Positions 1 through 13,103 of a stretch of 64,000 bases of DNA are shown piece after piece. Every line of letters begins with the position of its first letter. Positions within the stretch are counted from its first letter, which is position 1. Under the pieces are notes generated by a model. The model had not been told where the DNA came from, searched no databases, and saw nothing but the letters and a program-made list of their open reading frames with translations. The DNA comes from the human T2T-CHM13v2.0 reference genome, Homo sapiens, in NCBI RefSeq assembly GCF_009914755.1, contig NC_060933.1. One strand, given 5' to 3'. The position numbers were made by a program, and so were the translations under genes.

Positions 1-229
1 TCACCTTTATAAGAAAGTTGTGAATGTCTCAACCAGAGATGTCTGCCAAATGGTAAAAACGCAATTATTATTAGCTACTGTTATTATCATTAATAACTTG
101 CTTTCCCTTATTTGATATTCCATGTAAAGTCAACATAGAATAGTAGCAAGTTATTAATGAGAATTAAAAATTATTTTACCTTCTTCCTTCCAAAAAACAA
201 ACTAATAAGCAAAAGGCATCCAGAATAGT

Positions 230-430
230 CTGGATGAATCATGAGTTTAAAAGATAGACAGCCCTAGGATTGAATACCATTACCACCATTACTAAATTTG
301 CAATATTGTCTAAGTTGCTTCACCTCTCTTAGCCTCAGTTTTCTCATTTATAAAAGGGGAGAAACATTTTAGGGCATGGGAAAGATTAAATGGGATGATA
401 TACATAATGTACTTGGCCCACAGTGCGCTC
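230..430 (+). mobile_element. MIR SINE
   Basis: MIR core 'aagttgcttcacctctcttagcctcagttttctcatttataaaaggg...gattaaatgggatgatatacat'. Confidence 0.75.
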
Positions 431-1185
431 CAGATCAACGTTCCAATATTAGTGGGAAAAGAATGAATAAATACAGAGCATAATAGGATCAACTCAAATC
501 CATTGAACTATTACAGAGGAAACATTTTCCTGAGAAGGTTAAATGAAATCAAATGTCTGAGGTAGATTAAACTTTTTTTCTCTCTCTTTCTCCTCATGTC
601 ATATTTGTGTCCCCAGAATTTCATCTGCATAATGGAATGTGCTGATTGTGAATAGATGGTGCAATGTGCACAGGAGCATTCTCCAGAGGATAAACCGATG
701 AAGGTTTTATAAGTCATTTGTAGGGCCATCTTCTCTGATTTCTCAGTATCTTAGCACTCCCTCAGAGTTCCATGTTCTAACCACCCATGCCCTCCCCTTC
801 ATTTGAACATGATATGCTCAATGACCTGAAGGTTCTGAGGACTAAAGGGAATGTTGTATACTCCATACCTTTTCTTGGAGATCCCTAATGCTCATTCATC
901 CAATAAAGGCACTGATAAGTCCTACAATTTAAACACACTAACAATAAATAAGTAACAATACTTATTTAACAGTATTGTTTCAATGTATCTGACCACAGAA
1001 ACCTTCTTTCATGTTCATACTTTCTTAACATCCTGCCTAATTACTATTTGGAAATTGCTGTTATGTTGAATTCCCCCAAATGACCAATGAAGAGAGAATT
1101 AAAAGCTGAATATTCACTATGATTATCAGGCAGCACTGCCAGAAGACATAAAATACAGACGCAACCAGGAACTGTTACTACCTCC

Positions 1186-1622
1186 TATTGTGGGTTTCAT
1201 CGTGTCCCACAAAAGTTCGGTTTAAGTCCTAATCACCAGTATCTGTGAATGTGATCTCATATGGAAACAGTATCTTTGCAGATGGAGTCTAGTTAAGGTG
1301 AGATTGCACTGGATTAGGATGGACCCTAAATCCAATGACTGGTGTACTTTTACAGACAGATTTAAAGACACATAGAGCAGACATAGGGAAGAAGGATCTG
1401 TTAAGACAGAGGCAGAGATCGGAGTTATGCTTCCGTAAACAAAGGAACACCAAAGATTACCAGCAACCACCAGCAGCTGGAAGAAGGAAGAAAGGATCTT
1501 ACCCTAGAGGCTTCAGAAGGAGCTGGCACTGCCAACAACTTGATTTCAGACTTCCAGCCACCAGAACTCTGAAAGAATAAACTTCCATTATTTTCAGCAG
1601 GCAGCCCTAGGAAACAAGTATA
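1186..1622 (+). mobile_element. MaLR solo LTR, MLT1C-like
   Basis: 'ctgtgaatgtgatctcatatggaaacagtatctttgcagatg', 'ccctaaatccaatgactggtgt', 'gacttccagccaccagaact...aataaact'. Confidence 0.85.
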
Positions 1623-1689
1623 TTTGATGACCAGATATTTTTCCTTCATTCCTGGTTGCCCATCGTCAGTCTCCTTTCCTGGTTCCTAC

Positions 1690-2705
1690 TAATTTCCCTT
1701 ACTATTAAATATTGGAGTATTCCAGGTAGAAGACTTTGAACCGTTTTTAACTCTACTGTAGCATACTTGCTACATACTTATTAGATCCAGGACCTTGGCT
1801 TCAACAGCATTTATGCGGTGATGCATTCTCATTGTAAATTTAAGGCATACTTAGTATGGCCAAAATGAAACCTTTGATCCTGTCCTGAAAAACAATTAAA
1901 AAAAAATTAAAAAAAAAAAACCTTTTCTTTCACTTAGCATCCTCCATCTCTGGAATGAACGAGTTCCCTCAGTTGCTTAGGTCAAATATCTAGGAGTCAT
2001 CCTTGAGTCCTCTCACTTTCCCAGTACCCCCCAAATCCTGTTGAATCTGCCTTTAAATCACGTCCAGAATTTTATCACTTTTACTACCTCCATCTCTCCC
2101 ACACGTGTTGTTGAGGTCACTGTCATGGTGTATCATGAACGCAACATGATAGCCTCCAGTCTGGTCTCTGTTTCTCTTCTCAGCCTTTACTATCTATTCA
2201 TAACACAGGAACCATAGTCGTATTAAAACGTAAATCTGATCCTTCCCTTCCAACAAGTCCAGTTCCTGGCTGTCACTCTGATCTTGCTTCCTCCCACTTT
2301 TCCCCTTACTCAGCCCCAGCTTTGCTGGCCTTCTTGAGACTCTCTAATGAGCCAGCATGTCACCCTTTGGAGACTTCACATTTGCTGCAGCCTCATCCTA
2401 GAACACTTTCTCCCTGATACCCACATGCATATTCTCTTGCTTCAAACAAGTTTCTCAACCAGCACCTCCTCATAAAGTCCTTCCCTTACTACCCTGTTGA
2501 AAATGGAACACAATCCCCCTCCTGCTTTGTTTCTGAGTCCCTAATTCACCATTGGACATCACATGGTGGGGAGTAGGGGGCTTATGTGTCCTATTAGAAT
2601 ATGCATATTGGAAGTAGAGAAGGAGACTTGACCATCTCATCTACTGCTATGATCTCAGTCCTAGGACAGCACCTGGTACATATAGGTGCTCAAAAGTATT
2701 TCTAT
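1690..2705 (+). mobile_element. L2 LINE 3' portion
   Basis: 'ctaggagtcatccttgagtcctctc' and L2 3' terminus 'gcacctggtacatataggtgctcaaaagtatt'. Confidence 0.8.
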
Positions 2706-3089
2706 ACTAATTAATAATAAATTAATTTAAAATTAATAATTAATTCTTTCCAGGATTAGGAGTGTGGGGGGAAACACATAAGAAAAATAATTTGGCCACT
2801 CAACGTGAGCCATGAAATCTGAAGAGAAAACAAGACAGCTCTGTAAACGAGGCTTTTCTTGCAAGGAGAAATGAAGCCTTCTTGAAATACAAGAGCTCTT
2901 TCTTGATTGGTCATTTAAATCTTCTTTGCCCTGTTTTTCTCCTATAAAATGAGGATAAAGTTCTCTTTAACCCACAGGATAATATTTTTAATTGCTGTAC
3001 CAGTATCACATACTTTGAAAAATTAAAAAGGACTACTTTTCATTGTCCTTCAAAGCAGGTTTTCAAATGAAACTCTTAAAACAATCTCG

Positions 3090-3490
3090 TAATAATGACA
3101 ATTAATATTAATTGAGAGCTTGTTGTACATCAGCTACTGTTCAGGCATACTCTTATTTAAACTTCAATATTCCTAGGAGGAAGGGCCTATCAGGAACCTT
3201 ATTTTTCAGATGGGGGACCTGAGGCTTGGAAAAACTAAATAACATTCTCAAGGGCTTATTGCTGGTCAGTGGTGAAACAGGAATTCCAACCCATGCATTT
3301 TGATTTCACAGCCACTCTCTTGACCTAAATGCTATTTTACATGACAAGGTAATCCAGCAGAGTAAGGAGGCATAACCAATATTGGATATTATTACTTCTA
3401 TTTTACCAAATAATAGGCCTCAGTCTCAGAGAAGGGAAAGGGCTCGTTCAAGGTCACAAAGAAAAGTCTTCACCCAGGCCCATATTTCAA
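3090..3490 (-). mobile_element. Two adjacent MIR fragments
   Basis: 'atttttcagatgggggacctgaggct' and 'ctcgttcaaggtcacaaa' reverse-strand MIR cores. Confidence 0.65.
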
Positions 3491-4514
3491 GAGGGACCTT
3501 TTAGTAATAAAATATACCCAATGATGGAGTAGCATCCATGTGACAGGAACAGCATACAATGAAGAAGACATTCAAGTGCTGGAAGGGGACCTGAGTTATG
3601 TGCACATCAGAGCCAAGGACCAAAGAAGGAGACTGGCCTGTCTAAGGGCACACAAAGAGTCAGCTCTTCACCCTGCCTCCCGGGGCCAAAATAGGCCAAT
3701 TTTCCAACATTACCTAATACCTTTAATATGTAATATAAACTATCAGGTCACACACATAATACCTAAAACTACTACAAATGGTGAGATAAATTGTGTTGTC
3801 CCACCACACATAAACTGTGTGTTTGTATGTATCGATGAGTGCAGTTCAGGGCAGTGAAGGGTTTGTTTTATGTGGCTTGATTTTTTTGTATATGTAATTA
3901 TTTGGTGACTATTTTGGTAACATATTTTGAAGATTAAGTCCAATTAGGAAACAGGTGGCACCAAAATATTGTCAAACATATTGGATCAGCAGCAAATCAC
4001 TGACTTAATTAAATGATTAAAATGTATATTTATACCTGATCATCCAAACAACGGTAAAAAGACCAATTTCAGGGTTGATTATGAGCCCTGGCAAAGAGTC
4101 AAGTCAAGAATAAGTTACGTCCAAGTTACTGCTTTGGTGCCTCTTCCACATCATATCTTGGAGGGCATTTGGGAGGCAGAGGCAAGAACCAAATCACAGA
4201 TACAACAACAACAGTCTTCTGAACATGCCAGGATTGTGGTGCATCGAGCAAAGGAAGGGGTTGCTAAAAGGAGTCAAGGGGCTCACATTTCTATGGCTCC
4301 ATTGCTTCCTTTCCTCTTCCAAGAGCACCCGAAGTCTCTCTATTACCCACAGATTCACATTCCTTCATCCAAATTCACTATCAAATTCATCTACCTTTAC
4401 GGCCTTACGTTCGCCTACTTCCTCTCCTTTTACCAAATGACTGACTTATTGTATCATAATAGTTAAAAGAACAGGTTTTGGGGAAAGACCTGTGTTCAAG
4501 TCTTGGCTTTGTCA

Positions 4515-4760
4515 CCCATCACAGTTTTACATCTCACAGTGTGGCAATTTGCTCCACCAAAGCAAGCAAGTAGGAGAGCAAGAGAGTGGAGCAGGAGAAA
4601 TAGCAAAGTCTGCTGTAACCTCATCTCAGGGTGGATATCATATCATATCTGCTGCGTTTGATTTCTTAGAAACAAGTGACTAAGGAAGCCCACCCTCAAG
4701 GAGATTACACAGGGACAGGGAGGTGAGGATCACTGGGGGCTTTTTTAGAAACTGCCTTCT
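4515..4760 (-). mobile_element. MaLR LTR fragment, MLT1H-like
   Basis: Reverse complement of 'ggaggtgaggatcactgggggcttttttagaaactgcct' resembles the MLT1G/H 5' start. Confidence 0.6.
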
Positions 4761-5149
4761 TTATTTCTCTCTTTCCTTCCTTTCTTACTTCCTCCCTTTC
4801 TTTTTTCCTTCCTTAACTTCTTAGCTGCTATTTTCCTGTGGATTCAGATTCATCCATTTATTCACTGAGGGCCCTACCATGGCTCATGCAACACTCAAAG
4901 CTTCTAACAGCCCCTCATTGCCTGCCTGGACAAACTCACACTTCTCAGTGGGGTATTCAAAACTCTCTGTGGTCTCCCTTTCTCCTGCTGTTCAGCCTTA
5001 CCTTTTACAATTTCAGCTGTTTTTCCATTTATCTGATGGCCTTTGTTTCCCAACTAAATTTGACACCTTCCTACTTCGGTCCCTTTCTCCATGATCCTCC
5101 TTCCAACTAGAAAGTTTCTCGCTCCAAATCCTCCATCTTTGTATAAGGT

Positions 5150-5360
5150 GAGGCTTAGGACTCCAAGCTTTAGAGCCAGCAGCCTCAGAATCCAACCAAA
5201 AGTTGTCACTTAGCAGCTTGGGTGAGTTACTTAACCCTTCACCTGTGAGATGGTGACAAGGATCCTCACAGGATTGTTGGATGAATTAAATAAAATATGT
5301 AATCTACATAATATGTGAATATGGCATCTGGAACATAAATGGCAAGTATTGCAATTATCA
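5150..5360 (+). mobile_element. MIR SINE
   Basis: 'cttgggtgagttacttaaccct...cctcacaggattgttggatgaattaaataa'. Confidence 0.7.
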
Positions 5361-5409
5361 TTAGCCTCTCTTTTAAATCCTGGTGGAAGAACTACCACAC
5401 ATCTGTGCT

Positions 5410-5610
5410 TTACTCTATAGCTCTTATACCCCAATTGCATTTGATGTTCCCTGTGAGGTTAGAAGTATGTTATCACTAGTTTACAAATGAATAGACAGAC
5501 TCAGAGGGTTGAAGTGAAGAGCCCAGGATCACACAGTCAGCTGATGGTAAACCCTGAACTAGAATTCAGTTTCCAATTCCAATCACTGGGTTCCTTTCTC
5601 CTATATAAAC
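5410..5610 (-). mobile_element. MIR SINE
   Basis: 'ttacaaatgaatagacagactcagagggttgaagtgaagagcccaggatcacacag'. Confidence 0.7.
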
Positions 5611-6171
5611 ATTTGCTCCGCCAGCTTAATCGAGGGACAGAATCGTGGGGGCTAGAATTTCTTTCTGGGTCTTTTTCCCTCTGGAACTGTTTCCCTAGTC
5701 CTCAAAGGCAAATTGAACTGTTGCAGGAAGGCATGGCCTTTGGAAGACACACAGAGCTTGGGGGTTGCTGGAGCTGCCGACGGAACAGCCACCTTCTATC
5801 CTCTCCCCCATCATGGACAGACTCTAGAGCTCGTAGATCTACTGCCAGGCCTGAGAGCCAATCCTGTTTCCTGGATGGGGCAGAGACAACATGAAAGGTT
5901 AACCAAAATAAGATCCAATGAAATATTGCCCTTCATTCTGGTCTTTCCTTTTTAAACTTGCCCTTAGTCAAGGTTCAACCAACCAGATAATATTTTCTGG
6001 AATGCGTGAATTACAAAGGGCCGTGAAAGATACTAAAGGGTTTACAATTAAGACAGCCTTAAAAGTAACAAGAACTTTCTAATCATCAGAATGGTTTTAA
6101 GAGGAATGGGCTTCAGGAAGAGAATGAGGTCAGTAACAGAGGAAGTACTCACTGTAGGGTATGCACGAAGA

Positions 6172-6550
6172 AGTTTCCCAAATCTAGCTGTGTTGTTGAA
6201 TTATTAATATGTGGTGAGAATTTTTTTTACCTAACACATTTAACTTACAATTTTCCTGGAATTGATTTTTATGTTTGGTGTAAGGTAAGGGTCAATATTT
6301 TTAAAAAATATTTTCATTGTATATGTTTAAAGTGTACAACGTGATGTTTTGATCTACATATACATAGTGAAGTGATTTCTGCAGTCAGGAAAATTAACAT
6401 AGCCATCACCCAGTGAGACTATTTCACATGCATACTCTCAGGCTCAGCCATAAACCTTTTAAATCAGAATCTTTAGCCATAGGGTCTATGAATCAGTACT
6501 TTTTACTCTTTCAGGTGATTTTGATGGACAGTCAGGTTTAAGAATCATGA
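6172..6550. mobile_element. MER5-type hAT element interrupted by minus-strand L1 fragments (about 6220-6415)
   Basis: 'aatcagaatct...caggtgattttgatggacagtcaggtttaagaatca' (MER5); 'tgtatatgtttaaagtgtacaacgtgatgttttgat' (L1MA-type 3' end). Confidence 0.6.
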
Positions 6551-6854
6551 GCCTAATTAGCAAGAATTCAAGCATCAAATGGAGGTTGAACCAGATCAGT
6601 GCTTTTAAAACTAAGCTCTGTCCTGGAGCTCCTCTGGGACTGCTGCAGGATGGTGATGAGGGTAAGGGGCAGAGGTCATGGGAAGAGAGTCATGATGGGA
6701 AGGAAGTGGAGTGTCTACATCCCATCTCCCAATTTTAACCAGAGCCTCTGCTTTTATCTCTTTTATTCATTTATGCTTCTATGCAAGATGCATTTCAACA
6801 AAGGATGCGCTAGCTTTAAAAAAGCTTGAAAGCAGCTGAATCAGATGACCTTTA

Positions 6855-7200
6855 ATTTATTTAATCAATAAATAGTTACTGAGTGTGTGCTATACGCCAG
6901 CCTCTGTGCAAAATCAAAGCTGAGTCAGACATGGTCCGTCTTCCCTAGGACCTCACGGTTGAGAGGGAAGCGAGAACGAGTGAGTCATTCAGATGCACTG
7001 AGATGACTGCATTAACGGAGAAACAAGAACACAGCATCAGCCACAGGAAGGTTGTGTAGGAATTCTCTAGTTGTAGGGGGAAAGGGAGAAAGTGGAAGTA
7101 ACAGCACATGCCAAAACATAAAGGCCTAAAAGAACGGAGATAGTTTGAGCATTTGGGTGTGGTTCGAGCTTAGGAGGCCAGGGCAATGATGTCACAAGCT
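6855..7200 (-). mobile_element. L2 LINE fragment
   Basis: 'tttaatcaataaatagttactgagtgtgtgctatacgccag' is a reverse-strand L2 3' end. Confidence 0.65.
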
Positions 7201-7339
7201 GGCTGAATCCTTGAGCCAATCCCAACTTCTCTCTGGGCTTCACAGTTTCCTTAAAGCCAAAATGAGGGGATGTGAATAAATGACCTGGAGAATCAGAGAA
7301 TCTCAGGGTTGGAAGAAAATAGATGTTGACTCACTAGAA

Positions 7340-7400
7340 TGGTGATTTTGCCTCCCTGGGGGACATTTGGTAATATCTGGAGACATTTGCTTGTCACAGT
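7340..7400 (+). mobile_element. MER20 fragment
   Basis: 'ggtgattttgcctccctgggggacatttggtaatatctggagacatttg'. Confidence 0.7.
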
Positions 7401-7824
7401 TTTCCTGAATCCTGAATCCAGAGTTCACTTTCCTGAATTCCAAAGCTTGACACCTTCTCATTTCTGGCTCTTGCCTCTGCCTGGGCCTCACAGGCATTTT
7501 GCCTTTCTCCCTAGTTTAGACTGGGCCATGCCAGGCCCTCTCCCTTTTCTCAGCCTCTTTCCCACAAATGAATTCTGGAAAGCTGGGCTACATCTCCGTG
7601 TACTCTACATTTGTCTCCCTCTCCTCTCCCAGGGCTGATTTGCAAAGCTCTTTGCCCCTGGTTAGCCATCAGCTTTATAGTCCTTCTCTCCTCCCAATCC
7701 CCAATTTGCCCTTTCTATTACCCACAGTAACACAAATTAATAGTCCTCATACTTAACACACTTTCATCTGGCCCCAGAAGGAATGTTACAAAGAAAAACC
7801 TTCCAGCCTATTATTCCCAAATTC

Positions 7825-9057
7825 CAAATTCATTCCATTAAAAAAATCAGTTTATAAAGCCTTAACCATAAACGTACCAGGCCCCATGCTAGACATTTAG
7901 GATACAGGAATGAACAAACAGACAAGGCCCCTGCCCTCATGGTGCTTGTTACTGCTACTATGCAGAGGGAAGTACTTAAAACAGACACCTACAGGAGACA
8001 TGGAGTGTGAGGGCAGAGGCAGGGAGGGCTTCACAAAGTAGACTGGTAAATTGGCATCATCGGGATGAGCAGGAATTAGGCAGATCAATTAGAAAAAGAG
8101 GGCAAGGCAGAGGCCAAAGTCCATGCAAAGTTCCAGACTGAAGAGCAACTGTGTTGAGTGGACGGAATGAAAGGAAGTTCAAGTTTGCTGGAATGGAGAC
8201 AGAGAGATGGAAGGTGTGAAAGGTGATACAGGAGAAGGAAGCAAGAACCAAATAGTAAAGCTCTCATAATTCATCCTTTTAACCTGGGAGCTTTTTCGTG
8301 AGCTCAATGGGTAGCCATTGCATTCCTATGCCTAGAACAACCATTCAATTTAACATATGTTTATTGGTTTTCCATGTGTTCAACCCTTTCCTACACCATG
8401 GGTAGGGGAGGGGAACAAATACAAACATAGCATAAAACAGGACCATTGATCTCTCCATAGGAGGACAAGGTTTTAAGCTTCAAAATATGTGCCAATTTCA
8501 GGACCCTGGAAATCAGGGACATATATTGGATTTTGCCTGGAGAGGGTCCTCTAGTGTAATGCTTAGCAAAGTGGTGCCCAGGAAGCAGTATACAAATGAC
8601 AGCAAAAAGTGTGGTCATATAACAGAGACACCAGCATATGCAAAGAGCAGCAGAGCCTCAGAAGGCAGCCACCCCACACAACAGAGTGGTGCCCAGTAAG
8701 CTGTAGATGAATGAGAGCAAAAAATGTGGTTATATGATGGAGACACCAGCACGTGCAAAGAGCGGCAGGGCAGAGAGGAGGCCAAGGAATATAAACGGTG
8801 GTTAGGGAATCTTCCATGAGGAGAGGAGACTTGAGGGATAAGCAAGAGGAAGGAGAGTGCAGAGGGAACTGCATGTGGCAAGGTGCAGAGGAGATAAATG
8901 TCATGGAGGGACCTGGGTCAGGGAGACTGACCAGAGACAGGTGGAAGATTTGTTCTTGGGAGCTGTGGGAGAGATTGCTGAGCAGACAAGATCGACTTTG
9001 AGGATAGGGATTCCTGAAAGAAGAATGAGGACTTGCAGTTAATCCAAAATATGCTGG
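7825..9057 (-). mobile_element. L2 LINE fragments (continue after the LTR at 9889)
   Basis: 'aggatacaggaatgaacaaacagacaaggcccctgccctcatgg' and 'ccattcaatttaacatatgtttattgg'. Confidence 0.7.
8567..8771 (+). repeat. Diverged 90 bp direct duplication (8567-8656 / 8682-8771) with a 25 bp filler
   Basis: Manual ungapped alignment 74/90 identical; filler matches 9546-9570. Confidence 0.9.
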
Positions 9058-9888
9058 TGATAGAAGCAGGCAAAGGTTGGTCCCTGGCAAAACCCCACAT
9101 TTAAGCCAAAAAGCCTGAAACCTGCAGCCCAAAGCGAGAACTTCTATCTGTCTTTGCCTGCTCCCTCCTGATTGGTTCTTTCTGAATCAACTGAATGTTG
9201 CCTTTTCCAAAACTACCCACTGCCTGCCGTGTCCCCATCCTGTGCCTATAGAGACCTCAGACTCATTAGATAGGGGAGGGAGGTGATTCGACTTGAGAGA
9301 GAGGTGACTTTACTTCAGAGGGATGGCTGGACTTCAGAGGAGAGCTGGCCAGACATAGCCCAACTACAGGGGAAGATTATTGCCCATCCCATCCCCTTTC
9401 CAGGTCTCAATAAAATTCTGCACATTCACCATCCTTCAATTCGTCCATGTGACCTCATTCTTCTTGGGCACCAGACAAGAGCTCGGGACCCAGTGAGTGC
9501 GGGTACCCAAAAAAGGCTGTCACACTGGCCTCTTGCTCTCACTGGCAGATGGCAGCCACCCCACACAACAAGGCAAAGGGCCCATTGAGCTGATAACACA
9601 CTGCTGTCCACAGACAGCAGAGCTAAGAAGAGCATTGTAACACACCCTCTGGGGCTTCAGGGGTCACAGGCACCCCTACCTGAGTGCTGCTGCAGGGTCT
9701 GCACAAAGTTTGCTCTTGCCAGAGCCCCAAGAGTCCAGCCAGATCTCGCACTCACTGGCTCACAGGCTCCCTCCCTCAAGGAGGACTTCAACAGGTGTGT
9801 CCCATCTACTCAGTGAGGCGAGACCAGCTGAGTAGATGGGTACCCCCATTGCAAGTCCAGTGAAGGGGCCGAGAGAATTCTTGTATCA
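9058..9888 (+). mobile_element. ERV1 solo LTR, LTR27/LTR28-like (LTR1/MER52 group)
   Basis: TGATA...TATCA termini, 'gaatgttgccttttccaaaactaccc', AATAAA at about 9408, degenerate 4 bp TSD ctgg/ctga, interrupts L2. Confidence 0.8.
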
Positions 9889-10269
9889 CTGAGGAGTCAC
9901 TGTAGATTCTGGAGAAAGGAAGGACCACAAGGAACACCATGTTTAGGAAGCAATGTGCTGAGTGCTAGAACGCTAAGGGAAACAAAGGGAGGGGCTAGCA
10001 GAAATGACTGTTGTCATCTAAATGGGGGGTTCAGGGAGCCAAGAGTAGGTCAAAAAGGGCAAGGCTGATGGTAGGTATGGGGTGGGGCAGGAGACTGGGA
10101 CTCCAAAGTAGCTGAAGATACAATCAAAGAGCCCAGTGTGTCACTGGCCCTCATGCCAATCCCAAACTGCAGGGAAAAATAGCTTCTAATTTGATTTTTT
10201 AGATTCCAGGACACCAAATGGGCCATTATTACCAGTGGGTGGATTCCTTCACATTAAAAAGATCTAGAC

Positions 10270-10575
10270 CAGGGGTCAGCAAATTACCACCTGCAGGCCA
10301 AATCCAGCTGCCTAAGAACAGTTTTTACATTTTTCGAATGGTTAGAAAAATCAAAAGAATAATATTTCACGATGCATGAAATTTAAATCTCAGAGTCCAT
10401 AAATAAAGTTTTATTGGAACACAGCCACACAATGCCCATTTAATTAGGTATTGGCTGCGGCTGCTTTCCAACTACAAGGGCAGAGTTGAGGACTTGCCAG
10501 GAGACTATGTGACTCACCCCGCCTAAAACATATACTCTCCGGCCCTTTAGAGAAAAAAAATGTGTGCTTACCCTG
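10270..10575 (+). mobile_element. MER58B hAT-Charlie element
   Basis: TIRs caggggtcagcaaa / ccctg, 'ccataaataaagttttattggaacacagcca', nTCTAGAn target sites. Confidence 0.85.
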
Positions 10576-11929
10576 GTCTAGATCTGTCTCTTGAATTCAG
10601 GGCCTTCCTCTTTGCTTGTTTCCATTTTTCCCCTATGGCCAGGCCCATGTATGTAAAAAAAATCTCCAAATCCATGTTTGATCTAAGAGGGAGTTCAAGG
10701 TACCAGAATTCCAATGATTCTGCTTCCCCATTCACCACTTTAGACTGCATTACATCTCATTTAGACTTCTTGTAGGTGAAAGTGAGCCAGGTGTGAGACA
10801 AGGATTAGTAGTTTCTAGGTTTTTCTTTCCTGTCTGTCCAAACCTCCCTACAATCTATAACAAAGGGCTTTCATTGAGTGAGAATTGAATGAGTAACCAC
10901 GTGAGGTTTGCATATGAAGAACATGCTCAGCTTGAGAGTGACTTGGGAGGGGCGAGATAGTGGCCTGTCCCCAACCCAGTAGGGTTGGGGGGTTTTCTTT
11001 ATGAGAGATATGAGTAATGTTTCAGATTCTTCCTAGGATGCTGACCCGAGAGAGTTAACCTGCTGGGAGAGGTGAGGAACCCTCCTGGTCAGTGTGGACT
11101 GGGAAGCCTGGTGCCAGTTCAATCCTCACAGCAGCCCACCTCCATCAGAATGAAAAATCTTTTCTTAATGCTGTTATTAAACCCTAATCTTAATCATATT
11201 CATCTTTATTAAGTCTTTAAATTGTCTGGAATATTTAAATAGGGCCAAACTGAAAGTCAGAGGGATAGATTTAAAGGGACAGCTTGAATTATCTTCCAGG
11301 AGTCCACCAAATAATCTCTGGAGATTCAGCCCCTGATAGAAACCGAGGCTTCTGAACCAAGAGATTTTCAACAATGGTGGAGTGGGGAGGGGACTGCCAA
11401 TTACATTTTGCCAGGAGAATATTAGTCTTTCTTTTAAACACCCCTCAAAAATTTATCAGGGAAAGAAAGAGGCCTAAATAGAGGATGAATTAAGGGCTTA
11501 AATGTACAGAAGGACTTGGATGGATATTGAAAGCAAATAGCTCAATGGGCCTCCCCTCTGGTCTCCCTCCTTTCAGCACCAAAACAATGTCTATTAAATA
11601 ACTCCAGTACCTTGGTCACTGTCGCTGAGGAGCTAATTTCTAGCAGTCTCCGAGTGGTCAGATGACCTGTCCCAGCTGTTATCTCCTGATACACAGCAGG
11701 AAGACATCAGGGCCTTTAGAACTATGTTCTGAGAAAGGAATAATGGCCCTTTTATATTTTTTTCTAAATAAGAAATTTAATTTGAGATGACGGGCTCTCA
11801 TTTTTGCTCCCTTGTCCATCGTACAGGGTGTGGGTATGAATTTATCATGGATTTACTTTGTACCCCCACACTGCACTAGACTCATTATTGCATTGTCCCA
11901 CTTAATCCTGGCAGGAGCCCTACAGGGGA

Positions 11930-12315
11930 TGTCGTGGGTGCAACTAGCTGGGACCTGTGTAGAGGGTGGTAAAGGAATTTACCAAGACAGTTGCAGGTAA
12001 AGAAAGACAGATTTATTAGAGAAAGTAGGAAAATATGTTTGCAAGGGGGCAACGGGCAGCCGAGTAGAGAAAGGGCTGTCTGCCAAGAAGAAGTGGTTAG
12101 AGGAAAGTTTTATAGGGTTGTGCTGGAGGGGGCTACAAAATGAGGTTGTGCTGCTGGGGCTACATGTAGATGGAGCTCAGGGTCATTGTGCCAGGAGTTG
12201 TTTGTGATTAGCCATGTCTCAGAATAATTGTTCATTTTCTTCCCCTCACCTGGGGCCTACCCCAATCTGGGACCCCTTCCTCATTATTGCTTACTTACTT
12301 TATCATGAATCCACA
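11930..12315 (-). mobile_element. Solo LTR, LTR47B-like, inserted in a minus-strand MIR
   Basis: TG...CA termini, 'ggtaaaggaatttaccaagacagttgcaggtaaagaaagacagatttattagag', TSD gggga/gggta. Confidence 0.7.
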
Positions 12316-13103
12316 GGGTATGTCTTATAGTCTCTGTTTTATAGATTAAGCATTTTATGGAAAGGAAAACCCCTTAACCACAGTCACCCTACTTGATTTG
12401 AGCTCAGGCCTCTGAGTGTTCAGCCCATGTCCTTTCCTTCTGTCTTCCACTGGCTTCTTTATACTCCCACTGTCACTCAGCCTGAGAATGACTTAGGAGG
12501 AGTAACAGATATGGTGTAGGTGAAGCAGGGTCTTCTATAACAAGGAATATTTTTGTATTATTATTATCAGGTTTTAATCCCGAATGTTGAAACAATCTAT
12601 TTAACCTTTACTCAGGCTAATGCATACATTAGGTGGGGTAACCTATATGCCATCATAAAAATGTGGGAAATTGAAACCTGCTGACATAAAATCAAATAGC
12701 CCAGCCATAAAAGATGCTGCTTTTATGTGATTATCTTGCCAATATCTTCGTGTTGCTAAACTAAATCAAACTACAGTTTTCCCCACATGCCCTGAATTTA
12801 ATGGGAACCATTAATGGGTGTGATTCCTTATAGATCTCCTTGTAATAGAAACACGGCCTCTTATGCCCTGGCCGATTAAAATGAGGCCACTAGGCTGTCA
12901 TTTGTTATGTTGCTTTGAGCATATGGAATAGTGGCCCTGCTTGAAATACCAAAACTGTTGACACTCAGACTGGCATTCAAGGCCTTCCTAAAATATCTGG
13001 CAACAACATATCTTTCTAGAATTTCCTTTCTCTACTCCCAGGAATGATATTTTATAGAATCTAAGAATATCAGAAGTGGAAGAGGTTTTTGAGATCATCT
13101 ATT

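Noticed and set aside
2707-2745. AT-rich quasi-palindrome
   Set aside because: Imperfect low-complexity AT run at an L2 tail.
8563-9132. 189 aa ORF with an internal repeat
   Set aside because: Runs through L2, the local duplication and an LTR; no domain signature or coding-like composition.
11655-11668. GGTCA-GA-TGACC palindrome as an estrogen response element
   Set aside because: The spacer is 2 nt, not the canonical 3 nt.
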